The notes under the pieces were generated by a model, which saw nothing but the letters and a program-made list of their open reading frames with translations, had not been told where the DNA came from and did no database searches. Below, piece by piece: positions 1-9,023 of a stretch of 64,000 bases of DNA (position 1 is the stretch's first letter; each line of letters starts with the position of its first letter). This DNA is from Candidatus Altiarchaeota archaeon (GTDB lineage Archaea; Altiarchaeota; Altiarchaeia; IMC4; SCGC-AAA252-I15): assembly GCA_043800705.1 (NCBI GenBank), contig JAZDMS010000035.1:32307-96306 (forward strand), written 5' to 3'. The position numbers were made by a program, and so were the translations under genes.

Positions 1-2
1 AG

Positions 3-956
3 CCGCTGCGCGGCCTTTTTCGCGTTTTCCACGTTCTGCGTGGAGTAGTCCACCGGACTTCGATAGTGTGTCTGCAATATGAAAAGCCGGAACGCGTCGG
101 CGCTGTACGTCTTCAGGAACTCCCGGACTGCCAGGATGTTTCCGAGGCTCTTGCTCATCTTCTCCCCCGACGAATTGAGGAATCCGGTATGCATCCAGTA
201 CCTGACGAACGGCCTCTTCCCGGTCAACGCTTCGCTCTGTGCGATTTCGTTCTCGTGGTGGGGGAATATCAGGTCGAGGGCGCCGCCGTGGATGTCTATC
301 TGGTCGCCGAGGTGCCTCTGGCTCATGACCGTGCATTCGATGTGCCATCCCGGGCGGCCTACCCCCCAGGGGCTCTCGAATCCGAGCTCGCCCTCCCCGG
401 TCCTCTTCCAAAGCGAGAAATCCAGAGGCGTCCGCTTGTCTGGATCGGGCTCGACACGGTGCTGGCCAAGCTGCTTGGTATCCTGGTTGGATAGGAGGCC
501 GTAGCCTTCTGCCTTGGAGACGTCGAAGTAGACGCCCTTTTCAGTCACGTAGGCTATGCCCTTGCGTATGAGCGCTTCTGTTGCGGCTATTATTCCGCCG
601 ATGTTCTCCGTGACCTTCGGATATGCGTCGGCTTCGAGGAGGCCGAGGCTTCTCTGGTCTTCGTATGCCCGCCTCGCATATTCCTTCGAAAGTTCGAGCG
701 GCCTGGTATTCCGTTCCTTGGCCCGCTTGATGATCTTGTCGTCGACGTCGGTGACGTTCTGTATGTACCGGACCCTGTAGCCGCGGTACCGCAGGTACCG
801 GAGGATCGAATCGAACGCCACATAGGTCCTTGCATGGCCTATGTGCATGTCGTCGTAGACAGTGAGGCCGCAGATGTAGACCCGGACTTCCCCGTCTGTG
901 AGCGGCTTGAAGTCTTCAGTCTTCCTCGTCAATGTGTTGTATACCCTGAGTGCCAT
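3..956 (-). CDS. cysS: Cysteine--tRNA ligase, 5' part (runs off window start)
   Basis: Manual translation from ATG at 956: MALRVYNTLTRKTEDFKPLTDGEVRVYICGLTVYDDMHIGHARTYVAFD, containing the class I HIGH motif. Absent from the ORF track because it is truncated. Confidence 0.95.
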   Translation of the reverse strand, partial: MALRVYNTLTRKTEDFKPLTDGEVRVYICGLTVYDDMHIGHARTYVAFDSILRYLRYRGYRVRYIQNVTDVDDKIIKRAKERNTRPLELSKEYARRAYEDQRSLGLLEADAYPKVTENIGGIIAATEALIRKGIAYVTEKGVYFDVSKAEGYGLLSNQDTKQLGQHRVEPDPDKRTPLDFSLWKRTGEGELGFESPWGVGRPGWHIECTVMSQRHLGDQIDIHGGALDLIFPHHENEIAQSEALTGKRPFVRYWMHTGFLNSSGEKMSKSLGNILAVREFLKTYSADAFRLFILQTHYRSPVDYSTQNVENAKKAAQR

Positions 957-967
957 TTAAAAAAATT

Positions 968-1062
968 AGCGAGGGAAGGGATTCGCACCCTTGGTGGTAC
1001 GGTTTGCCGTGGCGTTTTTGGCCTTTGCAGACCGTTCTGTTGGGCTACTCCAGCACCCTCGC
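968..1062 (-). tRNA. tRNA-Cys(GCA) with 20-nt intron at 37/38 (intron 1005-1024)
   Basis: Acceptor GCGAGGG/CCCTCGC, U73 discriminator, anticodon arm ACGGT-CT GCA A[intron]A-ACCGT, T arm AAGGG-TGCGAAT-CCCTT, relaxed bulge-helix-bulge. Lies between cysE and cysS. Confidence 0.88.
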
Positions 1063-1128
1063 ATATGTATCAAATAACGTGTTGTGTTTTAAATGCCGGA
1101 GGTAAAAATCACGAAGCGATTTTATTGG

Positions 1129-1146
1129 ACTCCAGCACCCTCGCAT
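1129..1146 (-). repeat. 18-bp direct repeat of the tRNA-Cys 5' end
   Basis: actccagcaccctcgcat occurs at 1047-1064 and 1129-1146. Confidence 0.9.
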
Positions 1147-1147
1147 G

Positions 1148-1240
1148 CAGTTTTCTGTTTTCGGTTTTCCGTTTTCCGATGTCTTTATTAGACATTCATT
1201 ATTTTTTAATGCCCGAAACCGGAGACTGGAAACTGAAAAC
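1148..1240. repeat. Inverted pair of degenerate heptanucleotide tandem repeats
   Basis: cagtttt-ctgtttt-cggtttt-ccgtttt ... ccgaaac-cggagac-tggaaac-tgaaaac. Confidence 0.7.
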
Positions 1241-1241
1241 A

Positions 1242-1844
1242 TCATATGTTCCACTCCGGCGGTTTTTCCCCGGCCTCTTTGGGGTCTTTGTATCTTACGT
1301 AGGCCCCTTCGACGATGCGCAGCTGTCCTTTTGAGGTGACTACTGTGGAGTCTTCGGGGATGTCGTCGATTATGACCGTGTGCGCCCCGATTCTGCTGTT
1401 TTTCTTCACTATTACGGGGCCGAGTATGGCTGCTCCTACGCCGATGGTGACGTTGTCTTCGATGGTGGGGTGTCTTTTGTTGCCTTTTTTGTCCCTCCAC
1501 CAGCCGTGTCCTCCCAGTGTGACGCCGTGGTAGAGCATGACGTTGTCTCCTATCTCCGTCGTTTCCCCGATGACTACCCCGGTGGCGTGGTCGATGAAGA
1601 ACCGTTTCCCTATCTTCGCTGCGGGGTGGATCTCCGCGCCCGTGAGGAAGCGGCCGAGGTAGGATATCGCCCTTGGTATGAACGGGAGGCCTATGCTGTG
1701 CAGGGCGTGTGATATCCGGTAGAGGATTATGGCCTGTACGCCGGGGTACAATACCACTTCCAGGAAGTTTATCCCCTTCTTGAGCGCAGGGTCCTTTTCG
1801 TATGCCACCTGGAAGACGTCGAACATCCTATTTCCTCTCCTCAT
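1242..1844 (-). CDS. cysE: Serine O-acetyltransferase
   Basis: [34 protein letters not shown] hexapeptide-repeat signature. Confidence 0.95.
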   Translation of the reverse strand: MRRGNRMFDVFQVAYEKDPALKKGINFLEVVLYPGVQAIILYRISHALHSIGLPFIPRAISYLGRFLTGAEIHPAAKIGKRFFIDHATGVVIGETTEIGDNVMLYHGVTLGGHGWWRDKKGNKRHPTIEDNVTIGVGAAILGPVIVKKNSRIGAHTVIIDDIPEDSTVVTSKGQLRIVEGAYVRYKDPKEAGEKPPEWNI

Positions 1845-2751
1845 ACAGCGGTGTCGAAAGGTATCTTTCGCCGGTGTCGGGGACGATGACCAATACGCGT
1901 TTTCCTTTTCCGAGCCGTTTAGCGACCGCCAGTGCCGCCCATACGTTCGCTCCGGAGGATATGCCTGCGAGGATTCCCTCCTCCTTCGCCAGCCGCTCCG
2001 ATGTCTTGTACGCGTCCTCGTTCTTCACCTGTATCACTTCGTCGACCAGCTCCTTCCGGTATATGTCCGGGACGAATCCGGCCCCAATGCCCTGTATCTT
2101 GTGGGGGCCTGGTTGTCCTCCCGAGAGGACGGGGGAGTCTGCGGGCTCGACTGCGATGAATCTTGCGTTGATGAATTTCTTCTTGAAGAAGGTCGCTATT
2201 CCGGTTATCGTCCCTCCTGTTCCGACTCCGGCGACGAATGCGTCGAATGAGCCGACTTCCGCCATTATCTCCTGCGCCGTTGTCTCGATGTGGGCTTTGA
2301 TGTTGGCCTTGTTCTTGAACTGCTGGGGGATGAAGATGTGCGGCCCTTCCTTGGCGATCTCCTCGGCCTTGGCTATCGCGCCTTTCATCCCCTTTGCACC
2401 CTCAGTCAGGATGAGCTCGGCTCCGAATGCCTTCAGTATCTTCCGTCTCTCCAAGCTCATCGTCTCCGGCATCGTCAGCTTAAGCCGGTATCCTTTGACT
2501 GCCGCGACCATGGCAAGCCCTATTCCCGTGTTGCCAGAGGTGGGCTCGACTATGATGCTTTCCTTCTTCAGGACGCCCGCCTTCTCGGCTTCCTCGATCA
2601 TGTACAATGCTATCCGGTCCTTCACCGAGGAGCCGGGGTTGAAGTATTCCAGCTTGGCTACCACTTCCGCGTCGTTTGGGCCGGGCAGCCTGTTGAGTCT
2701 CACGTGGGGTGTTCCGCCTATCGTCTCCAGTATGTTGTTTTTGATCGTCAT
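1828..2751 (-). CDS. cysK: Cysteine synthase A
   Basis: [17 protein letters not shown] lysine, [32 protein letters not shown] precedes the ATG at 2751. Confidence 0.96.
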   Translation of the reverse strand: MTIKNNILETIGGTPHVRLNRLPGPNDAEVVAKLEYFNPGSSVKDRIALYMIEEAEKAGVLKKESIIVEPTSGNTGIGLAMVAAVKGYRLKLTMPETMSLERRKILKAFGAELILTEGAKGMKGAIAKAEEIAKEGPHIFIPQQFKNKANIKAHIETTAQEIMAEVGSFDAFVAGVGTGGTITGIATFFKKKFINARFIAVEPADSPVLSGGQPGPHKIQGIGAGFVPDIYRKELVDEVIQVKNEDAYKTSERLAKEEGILAGISSGANVWAALAVAKRLGKGKRVLVIVPDTGERYLSTPLYEERK

Positions 2752-2832
2752 TTGATTCACCTCTTTGTTATGCGTGTGGATATAAAAATCAAAGTTCGTA
2801 TTGTGTCCGGGTTTTTGTTTTGTGTCAGGCGT

Positions 2833-2901
2833 TTATAGCCTACACTGGCAGAAACAACAGCCGCATGAGCGGGCCGTGAATGCAGTTATTCCCAGATCCA
2901 T
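2833..2901 (-). CDS. Putative 22-aa poly-Cys leader peptide (MDLGITAFTARSCGCCFCQCRL)
   Basis: ATG at 2901 downstream of a TATA-like TTTATAT. Five Cys codons within 8 consecutive codons near the end, directly upstream of cysK. Confidence 0.65.
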   Translation of the reverse strand: MDLGITAFTARSCGCCFCQCRL

Positions 2902-2905
2902 TTTG

Positions 2906-2919
2906 TTAACGATTGTTAA
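2906..2919. promoter_or_regulatory. Palindromic operator TTAACGATTGTTAA (cys operon)
   Basis: Lies between the TATA box (~2934-2941) and the leader ATG. Near-identical copies at 11635-11648 and 11709-11722. Confidence 0.7.
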
Positions 2920-2965
2920 TATTATGGTGGTCCCATATAAATACTCACCCAGAGTTAATCTTAAA

Positions 2966-4105
2966 GTGGACTTCGACTGCATCCTCATTAGATACGGGGA
3001 AATAGGCCTGAAAGGCGGGAATCGGGGATTTTTCGAAAGGAAGCTCCAATCCAACATCGTTTGGGCGCTTAAGCGGGAGGGCGCCGTCTACGAAGTCGTG
3101 AAGAGGGTCCAGGGAAGGTTTCTCGTCGTATCAAAGGACGCCAAGGCTCTAGAGGCGGTAAGGAACGTCTTCGGGATAGTCTCATACAGTCCGGCCAATA
3201 TGGTAGGATGTGGGGTTGAGGAGTTGTGTGAGGCAGCCGTGAAGATAGTGGTCGCCTCGAAGCCCGATTCGTTCAGGGTAACGACGCAGAGACTGGACAA
3301 GAGGATGGATACGACCTCACAGAAGATCAACGAGGCCGTCGGGGCCGGGATCGTCGCGAGGACCGGTGCCAAAGTCAGCCTAAAGTGCGCCAAATTGGAT
3401 ATCGGATTGGATGTCACCGGCGACTGCGCATACATCTTCACTGAAACGTTCGCAGGGCTCGGAGGCCTTCCAGTCGGCGTCTCGGCAAGGGTGCTGTGCC
3501 TCCTTTCCGGGGGTATCGACAGCCCGGTCGCCGCATGGCTGATGATGAAGAGGGGGTGCCAGGTTACGCTGGTCCATTTCATGCACGAGCAGGGGTGCAG
3601 GCTGCCTACGAAGATAGAGTGCCTTTATCGGTCCCTTTGCAGGTTTGGCCCCGGCCTCAGGCTGATAGTCGTCCCTGCCGCGGAGCTTGAGCGGGAGATC
3701 ATCATGAAGGCGCCTTCGAAGGACAGGATAGTCATACTAAGGAATATGTTCCTCAAGGCTGCGGTGAAGCTACTGCGCTCCGAGAGGGCCCACGCCATCG
3801 TCACCGGAGACAACGTGGGACAGGTGGCGTCGCAGACGATAGAGAACATGGAGGCTTATCAGGCAGGCATCGACGCCCTCGTCCTGAGGCCGCTGGCATG
3901 CTATGACAAGCAGGAGATAATTGATCTGGCCAGGAGGGTCGGGACCTTCGAGGAGTCGACGTCCGCTTACGTCGACTGCTGCAGCTTCCTCGTCCCGAAG
4001 CATCCGCAGACGAAGGCCACCGCGGAGGATGTGGATTCGTCGGTCAGGTCCATGGACGAGGGCATATTGGACCTGATTCTCTCGAAGATGATTTTCATCG
4101 ATTAG
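2966..4105 (+). CDS. thiI: tRNA 4-thiouridine synthase (THUMP + PP-loop, no rhodanese domain)
   Basis: IRYGEIGLKG, GLGGLPVG, LLSGGIDSPVA, GQVASQT, DCC. GTG start at 2966 is inferred. Confidence 0.93.
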   Translation: MDFDCILIRYGEIGLKGGNRGFFERKLQSNIVWALKREGAVYEVVKRVQGRFLVVSKDAKALEAVRNVFGIVSYSPANMVGCGVEELCEAAVKIVVASKPDSFRVTTQRLDKRMDTTSQKINEAVGAGIVARTGAKVSLKCAKLDIGLDVTGDCAYIFTETFAGLGGLPVGVSARVLCLLSGGIDSPVAAWLMMKRGCQVTLVHFMHEQGCRLPTKIECLYRSLCRFGPGLRLIVVPAAELEREIIMKAPSKDRIVILRNMFLKAAVKLLRSERAHAIVTGDNVGQVASQTIENMEAYQAGIDALVLRPLACYDKQEIIDLARRVGTFEESTSAYVDCCSFLVPKHPQTKATAEDVDSSVRSMDEGILDLILSKMIFID

Positions 4106-5343
4106 TCCGTGAGCCTTTTTTCGCCTTCCAGGAGCCTGATGCCGGTGGCGTCCTGGGCGACTTCGAGCATTCCACGGTATCTTCCGTCACTGCCCCGTAA
4201 TGCGAAGAAGCGGAGGCATACGAATTTCCCCCGAAGCTGGAGCCAGTACTCGTCCGCGTCTTTCTGCCCGGACTTGAACTCCTCAATGAGCCTGTTGAGC
4301 GCCTTGCCGGCCTTGGCCGGATACATGCTCTGGATCCTTGAGCCGATAGAGTCAGGGTTCCTTGCCGTGATCCTTTGTCTGGTCCCCTGGTTGTAGTAGA
4401 CCACTATGTCGTTCTCGTCGACGAATGTCACGTCCAAGGGGAGGCTCTTGAGCAGGAGATTGACCTGTTCGTGCGTCAGGTTGCCGACATCCATATCGAG
4501 GCCTCCTGTGACTTGGACCCTGTCCGATGGCTTCGGCATGAATCCGTCCAGGGGGGACCCGTCTGATTGGGACACATCTGCGGGGCGGATGCTGTCCCAT
4601 TCATCAGCTGACATCAGGCTCAAAGCGCCGGGCAATAGGCTGTATTCCTCCTTCTTGATCTGGTCGCGCATTGTATGCATGAGGCGCCTAAGGGTCGTGA
4701 TCGATGCGGGAGCAGACTCGTTCACCTGCTTCTTGGCGAGCCGCAGAAGGGTTCTTGCGTCCTCCTCCCGGGCCCTCAGGCCTTTCATAGGCTCGACGTA
4801 GCCCTTCGATTCCAGGATCGGGAAAAGCCGGGCTTCCAGGTTGGCATAATGCTCGACGTTTTCGGATAGCCGCTCGATATGCTTTGCAAGGACGTGCTTG
4901 ACCGCGGAGAACGTCTTATTGTCCCATGTCCCGACAGCTCCGACGAGGCCGTCTATTTCCGACATGACCTTCTGCGCCTGTGCGTTCTCCGAAAGGTATG
5001 TGTCGATTAGGTGGCCTTGCGGGGCTTGAACTTTGACGCCCGCCTTCTCAGCGGCCTGGAAGACGTCCAGCGGCTTTGGGCCCTCTGCATGGGGGGCAAT
5101 ATTCCCAGCGCCTTTGCCCCCTTCGTTCCTTTGTATCTCGCCATTAAGTGCCCGGATGAGGTTTGCGACGTCGACGCCGCCCATACCCGCAAGCTCCTGG
5201 AGGGTGGCGATGTTCCCCATGGTCTTCCTCACGAGAGGATTGCGCAGACGGTCGTATTTTGGCGAGACGTTCAGGAGGAAATCAAGGAGGTAGGGATATT
5301 TCAGGAACAAGGCCCCCATCTTAGTCTCAGGTGCAAGGTCCAC
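4102..5343 (-). CDS. DUF1858/DUF438 hemerythrin-like + PAS-domain protein
   Basis: N-terminal LRNPLVRKTMG, HY..LE..LFP helical bundle, C-terminal LPLDVTFVDEND...YRGMLEVAQD PAS. Start is uncertain. Confidence 0.75.
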   Translation of the reverse strand: MDLAPETKMGALFLKYPYLLDFLLNVSPKYDRLRNPLVRKTMGNIATLQELAGMGGVDVANLIRALNGEIQRNEGGKGAGNIAPHAEGPKPLDVFQAAEKAGVKVQAPQGHLIDTYLSENAQAQKVMSEIDGLVGAVGTWDNKTFSAVKHVLAKHIERLSENVEHYANLEARLFPILESKGYVEPMKGLRAREEDARTLLRLAKKQVNESAPASITTLRRLMHTMRDQIKKEEYSLLPGALSLMSADEWDSIRPADVSQSDGSPLDGFMPKPSDRVQVTGGLDMDVGNLTHEQVNLLLKSLPLDVTFVDENDIVVYYNQGTRQRITARNPDSIGSRIQSMYPAKAGKALNRLIEEFKSGQKDADEYWLQLRGKFVCLRFFALRGSDGRYRGMLEVAQDATGIRLLEGEKRLTD

Positions 5344-5365
5344 GGACAAGATTATGAACCGAAGA

Positions 5366-6064
5366 TTATAAGCCCTCGGCCATGCTGTCAAGGAGCAGGA
5401 AAATGAGCCTTTTGGTCTCGCTGGTCCTCCAGGCATTGGTAAGGATCCCGTAAGGAGTACCTACGTATCTTCCGGGGACCAAGTCATCAGCAGATTCTGT
5501 TGCCATGGTCCGGACGTCCTGCATTGAGTATTCCAGGTGAAACTGTAGGCCGACGACTTTCCCGTCCAAGCCTTCGAATGCCTGGTTTGCGCAGGCCTTG
5601 CTCGCCGCGGTCCTCGTGCAGCCTTCAGGTATCGTGAATGTGTCTGCGTGCCAGTGCATAGGCCGGAATTTTTCCGGAAATCCCGCGAATGCCCGTGAAC
5701 GGCGTCCTTCATCGGTGATGGATGTCTCATGCCAGCCGATCTCCCGTTCATTATTGCGGGTGACTTTCCCCCCAAGGATTATTGACAGAAGCTGCGCCCC
5801 CAGGCAGACTCCGAGGACGCATTTTTTCGCATCAACGGCCTCCGCCAGGAAAGTCTTCTCTCTGGCAAGCCAGGCGTGCTTCTCATCTGCGTAGGCGTTC
5901 ATAGGGCCGCCCAAAACAGCAATCAGGTCGAAATCACCCACCAGGGGCAGTGATTCCCCAAGGTATAGGCGCGTGCATGCCGTCTTATGTCCCCTCTCCC
6001 TTGCCCAGGCGGCGATGTTAGCCGGCCCTTCGTTGGGGACATGCTGCAGGAGATGTACATTCAT
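5366..6064 (-). CDS. Type 1 glutamine amidotransferase-like protein
   Basis: LGGPM, GVCLGAQ nucleophile elbow, QFHLE triad. Confidence 0.9.
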   Translation of the reverse strand: MNVHLLQHVPNEGPANIAAWARERGHKTACTRLYLGESLPLVGDFDLIAVLGGPMNAYADEKHAWLAREKTFLAEAVDAKKCVLGVCLGAQLLSIILGGKVTRNNEREIGWHETSITDEGRRSRAFAGFPEKFRPMHWHADTFTIPEGCTRTAASKACANQAFEGLDGKVVGLQFHLEYSMQDVRTMATESADDLVPGRYVGTPYGILTNAWRTSETKRLIFLLLDSMAEGL

Positions 6065-6372
6065 TGGCGTATCATTACCAATAGCATCTTGAACCTTTTT
6101 ATCGCCTTAAGCGCGTGGGTTTTGTTCGCCGGCATGATTATGTATTCGCCTGCCTTCAGCGTATGTGGCGTTCCGGCGATTGAGACCTCGGCCTCTCCGT
6201 CAAGGACCTGGACGAATGCGTCGAACGGGGCTGTGTGCTCGGACAGGCCCTGGCCGGCGCCGAATGCGAACGACGTTATCGACCCCGCCTGCTTGTCGAT
6301 TATTTCCCTGCTGATTATCGAATCGTCCTGGTAGTCGAGTTCCAGACGCCCCGGTTTCCCTGCCTGCATCAT
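6061..6372 (-). CDS. Cupin domain protein
   Basis: FGAGQGLSEHTAPFDA and MPANKTHAL cupin motifs. Confidence 0.88.
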   Translation of the reverse strand: MMQAGKPGRLELDYQDDSIISREIIDKQAGSITSFAFGAGQGLSEHTAPFDAFVQVLDGEAEVSIAGTPHTLKAGEYIIMPANKTHALKAIKRFKMLLVMIRQ

Positions 6373-6599
6373 ACGGCCACCACAGACCGCACCTTAGGCA
6401 CTACAGCCCTTATGTGCCGCTCTATCCCGTGCTTCAGGGTCATCTGGCTCATCGGGCATCCGCAGCATCCGCCGGTGAGGCGGACTTTCACGACTCCGTC
6501 CTCGGACACTTCGACCAGTTCCACTCCTCCGCCGTCGGCCTCCAGCATCGGCCTCACTTCCCCCAACGCCTTCTCAACTTCTTCTTTCATTTTTCCCAT
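6369..6599 (-). CDS. NifU C-terminal-like (Nfu) Fe-S carrier
   Basis: VRPMLEADGGGVEL...LTGGCCGCPMSQMTLKHGIE. The real gene is the last 76 aa of track ORF 6369..6956. Confidence 0.92.
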   Translation of the reverse strand: MGKMKEEVEKALGEVRPMLEADGGGVELVEVSEDGVVKVRLTGGCCGCPMSQMTLKHGIERHIRAVVPKVRSVVAV

Positions 6600-7471
6600 T
6601 CCTCCGAGAGTATCTCTCCCCTTATGCTCACGATTATCGATTTTATCGGAACCTTCCTCTTCGCCTGCGATGCGGCCCCCTTTACCAGGTGAACCAGTCC
6701 TCCGCAGCATGGGACCTCCATCATCACGACAGTGAGGGTGTTGACTTTCGCGTCGTCGATGAGGGATGCTATCTTTTGGGCATAAACGTCCTGGTCTGAG
6801 TCCAGTTTCGGGCATGCTATGGCGATGCTCCTGCCGGAGAGTATCCTGCCGTGGAATCCTCCGAGCGCGTATGCGGTGCAGTCCGCGGCGATGACCACGT
6901 CCTTCCCTCGGTAGTATGGCGCCTGCGGCGAAACCAGATGCAGTTGGATAGGCCATTGGCGAAGCTGCGACGACGTGTCGCCGGTCTCATCGCCCCCTGT
7001 TTTCCGGTCTTCGGTCTTCGGTCCTCCGTCTTCAGTCTCGAAGCTCACCATCCTCGACCCCGGACAGCCTCCGCCGTCTGAGGGGCAGCCTCCACCCGAA
7101 CCGTGCAGGTCCGGGGCCGGTATCCCCTTGTCCTTCAATGCGGCAAGTGCCTCCTTTAGGTAGCCGAATTCGCCGTGCTCCTTCAGGTGGATGAGATGCG
7201 CCTTGATCGTGTTCGGTCCTGCCTTAATGATGTTCTCCATGACCTTCTTCTCCTCGTACGGCTTCGCATCCCGCTCCACAACCTTCATAGCCCCGGTGGG
7301 GCAGTGGCCCACGCATGCGCCAAGGCCGTCGCAGAACAGGTCGCTTATGAGCCGCGCCTTCCCATCTATTACCTGGAGCGCACCTTCAGGGCAGTTTGGG
7401 ATGCATTGCCCGCATCCGTTGCATTTGTCCTCTTCGACCGCTATGATCTTCCGTTTAGCCATTTTTCCCAC
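6587..7471 (-). CDS. 4Fe-4S dicluster ferredoxin-domain protein
   Basis: CNGCGQCIPNCP, CDGLGACVGHCP, SQLRQWPIQL, IACPKLD, MEVPCC. Confidence 0.9.
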   Translation of the reverse strand: MGKMAKRKIIAVEEDKCNGCGQCIPNCPEGALQVIDGKARLISDLFCDGLGACVGHCPTGAMKVVERDAKPYEEKKVMENIIKAGPNTIKAHLIHLKEHGEFGYLKEALAALKDKGIPAPDLHGSGGGCPSDGGGCPGSRMVSFETEDGGPKTEDRKTGGDETGDTSSQLRQWPIQLHLVSPQAPYYRGKDVVIAADCTAYALGGFHGRILSGRSIAIACPKLDSDQDVYAQKIASLIDDAKVNTLTVVMMEVPCCGGLVHLVKGAASQAKRKVPIKSIIVSIRGEILSEEWEK

Positions 7472-7802
7472 CCATCCTGACGCATTTTCCCCCTCCGGCG
7501 AGTATGCCGCACTGGCAGAGGTCTCCCCCGAATTCTCCCATATAGGAGTCTATGGAAGCCAGTAAAGGTGAGGCGAATCTATCGTCGAGCGAGTAAAGGA
7601 CATTCTTTCCTTCCCGCCTGGATGCGACAAGGCCCCATGCGTCAAGGAGCGCGAGACTGTGACTTATCCGGCTCTGCTCGAGACCCGTCTTTTTGCATAT
7701 TTCCGATACATTTTTTGGTCCACCCCTCAGGGATGAGACAACGGAAAGCCGGGTGCGGTTGCCCAACGCCTTGAAGAAGAGTTCATATGAACATTTTTTC
7801 AT
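7455..7802 (-). CDS. ArsR/SmtB family repressor
   Basis: FKALGNRTRL, QSRISHSL, SRREGKNVLYSL; Cys-rich C-terminus. Confidence 0.9.
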   Translation of the reverse strand: MKKCSYELFFKALGNRTRLSVVSSLRGGPKNVSEICKKTGLEQSRISHSLALLDAWGLVASRREGKNVLYSLDDRFASPLLASIDSYMGEFGGDLCQCGILAGGGKCVRMGGKNG

Positions 7803-7806
7803 ATGA
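7783..7806. promoter_or_regulatory. ArsR/SmtB-type operator overlapping the repressor start codon
   Basis: TCATATGAA-catttt-TTCATATGA inverted repeat resembling the SmtB 12-2-12 box. Confidence 0.65.
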
Positions 7807-7861
7807 GTATAATGGTTCCGGAAGATATTTATGGAGTGCAGTAACCGTGCGGTAATCGTCC

Positions 7862-8419
7862 TCAGATCTTCTGGGCCTTGTCTGCGGCTTCGATCACAAG
7901 GTTCACTACGTTCACCAGTGTCTTCTTGTCCTTAACAGACCCGTTGTCGACATAGGATATGTCGTGCCTTCCGATGGTGAACCCTATTCCGCACGAGGTT
8001 ATCTTCCCCTGCATGTCGGCGTCCAGATATCTTTTAACCGTCTCAGGGTCTCCGCCTTTTACCCTGAATCTGCCCATGAACTCCGGGTTGACGCATTCGA
8101 ATTTCATGAAACCCGGCTTCCTTGCGGCACCGGCCAGGTAGTCGGCCTTCCCGACGGTGAATCCCTCTCCGACGTTCCCGTTGTGGATTACCCGTACCCG
8201 AAGAGAAACGCCGACAGTGTCGATGATAACCTCGAATCCTCGGATGTGGCCGTTGGCCCTCGACGCGCCCATGAACTGCGACGAGTAGGCGAGGCCGAGC
8301 TCTGATGCGACGGATTTTATGAGGCGGCCGCGGCCGCTTGCGCGAAACGCCTTCAATGCGATGAGAGACGCGACTGCCGCTATCGCAGCCAATGCTATAA
8401 GACCGATGTCCATTGCCAC
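7862..8419 (-). CDS. Hypothetical protein, N-terminal membrane anchor
   Basis: Hydrophobic N-terminus; architecture similar to 51676..52263. Confidence 0.7.
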   Translation of the reverse strand: MAMDIGLIALAAIAAVASLIALKAFRASGRGRLIKSVASELGLAYSSQFMGASRANGHIRGFEVIIDTVGVSLRVRVIHNGNVGEGFTVGKADYLAGAARKPGFMKFECVNPEFMGRFRVKGGDPETVKRYLDADMQGKITSCGIGFTIGRHDISYVDNGSVKDKKTLVNVVNLVIEAADKAQKI

Positions 8420-8499
8420 GGATAGTACTTCGGAGTGTATATTAAAGTCTTGTATGTTACCGGGTGGAAACCCTTTAATGTAATAATCTTCCCGCCATC

Positions 8500-8907
8500 A
8501 TGGTTGACATGGATGGGTCAATCGCCATTTCGCTCGTAATGGCGGTCGCAGCGGCTTCGGGCTGTATCTCATCCGGGGGCGTTTACGATGTTAGCCTGCA
8601 TGAGGGAAGGAGCATTATAGATGACAACAGGGGAAACCCTGATTTCGTCATCCTGGACGTGCGTACTCCCGAAGAGTACTCGGCTGGCCATATTGAGGGG
8701 GCAGTGCTTTTGGACTTTGAGGCCGATGACTTCAAACAGAAGGCCGATGGGCTGCCGAGGCAGAAGACATATATAGTATACTGCAGGAGCGGCCGAAGGA
8801 GCGCTGAGGCCGTCAATGCATTGTCCGGGCTGGGTTTCAGGGACCTCCACAACATGAGGGGCGGGATAACGGAGTGGAAGGCAGAGGGGTACCCCACAGT
8901 CAGTTAG
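8500..8907 (+). CDS. Secreted/lipid-anchored rhodanese-domain protein
   Basis: SGC lipobox-like signal, LDVRTPEEYSAGHIEGA, YCRSGRRS, GGITEW. Confidence 0.9.
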   Translation: MVDMDGSIAISLVMAVAAASGCISSGGVYDVSLHEGRSIIDDNRGNPDFVILDVRTPEEYSAGHIEGAVLLDFEADDFKQKADGLPRQKTYIVYCRSGRRSAEAVNALSGLGFRDLHNMRGGITEWKAEGYPTVS

Positions 8908-9023
8908 GCTTTTTATCATCTGGCATGAGTCCGTGCAGGAGCCATCCCTTCGCCCCCGGTTTGCACGGGGCATTTCTTTTCTCGCATCTTCCATCGAGCT
9001 CATGTGGGCAGCTCCAGGCCATC

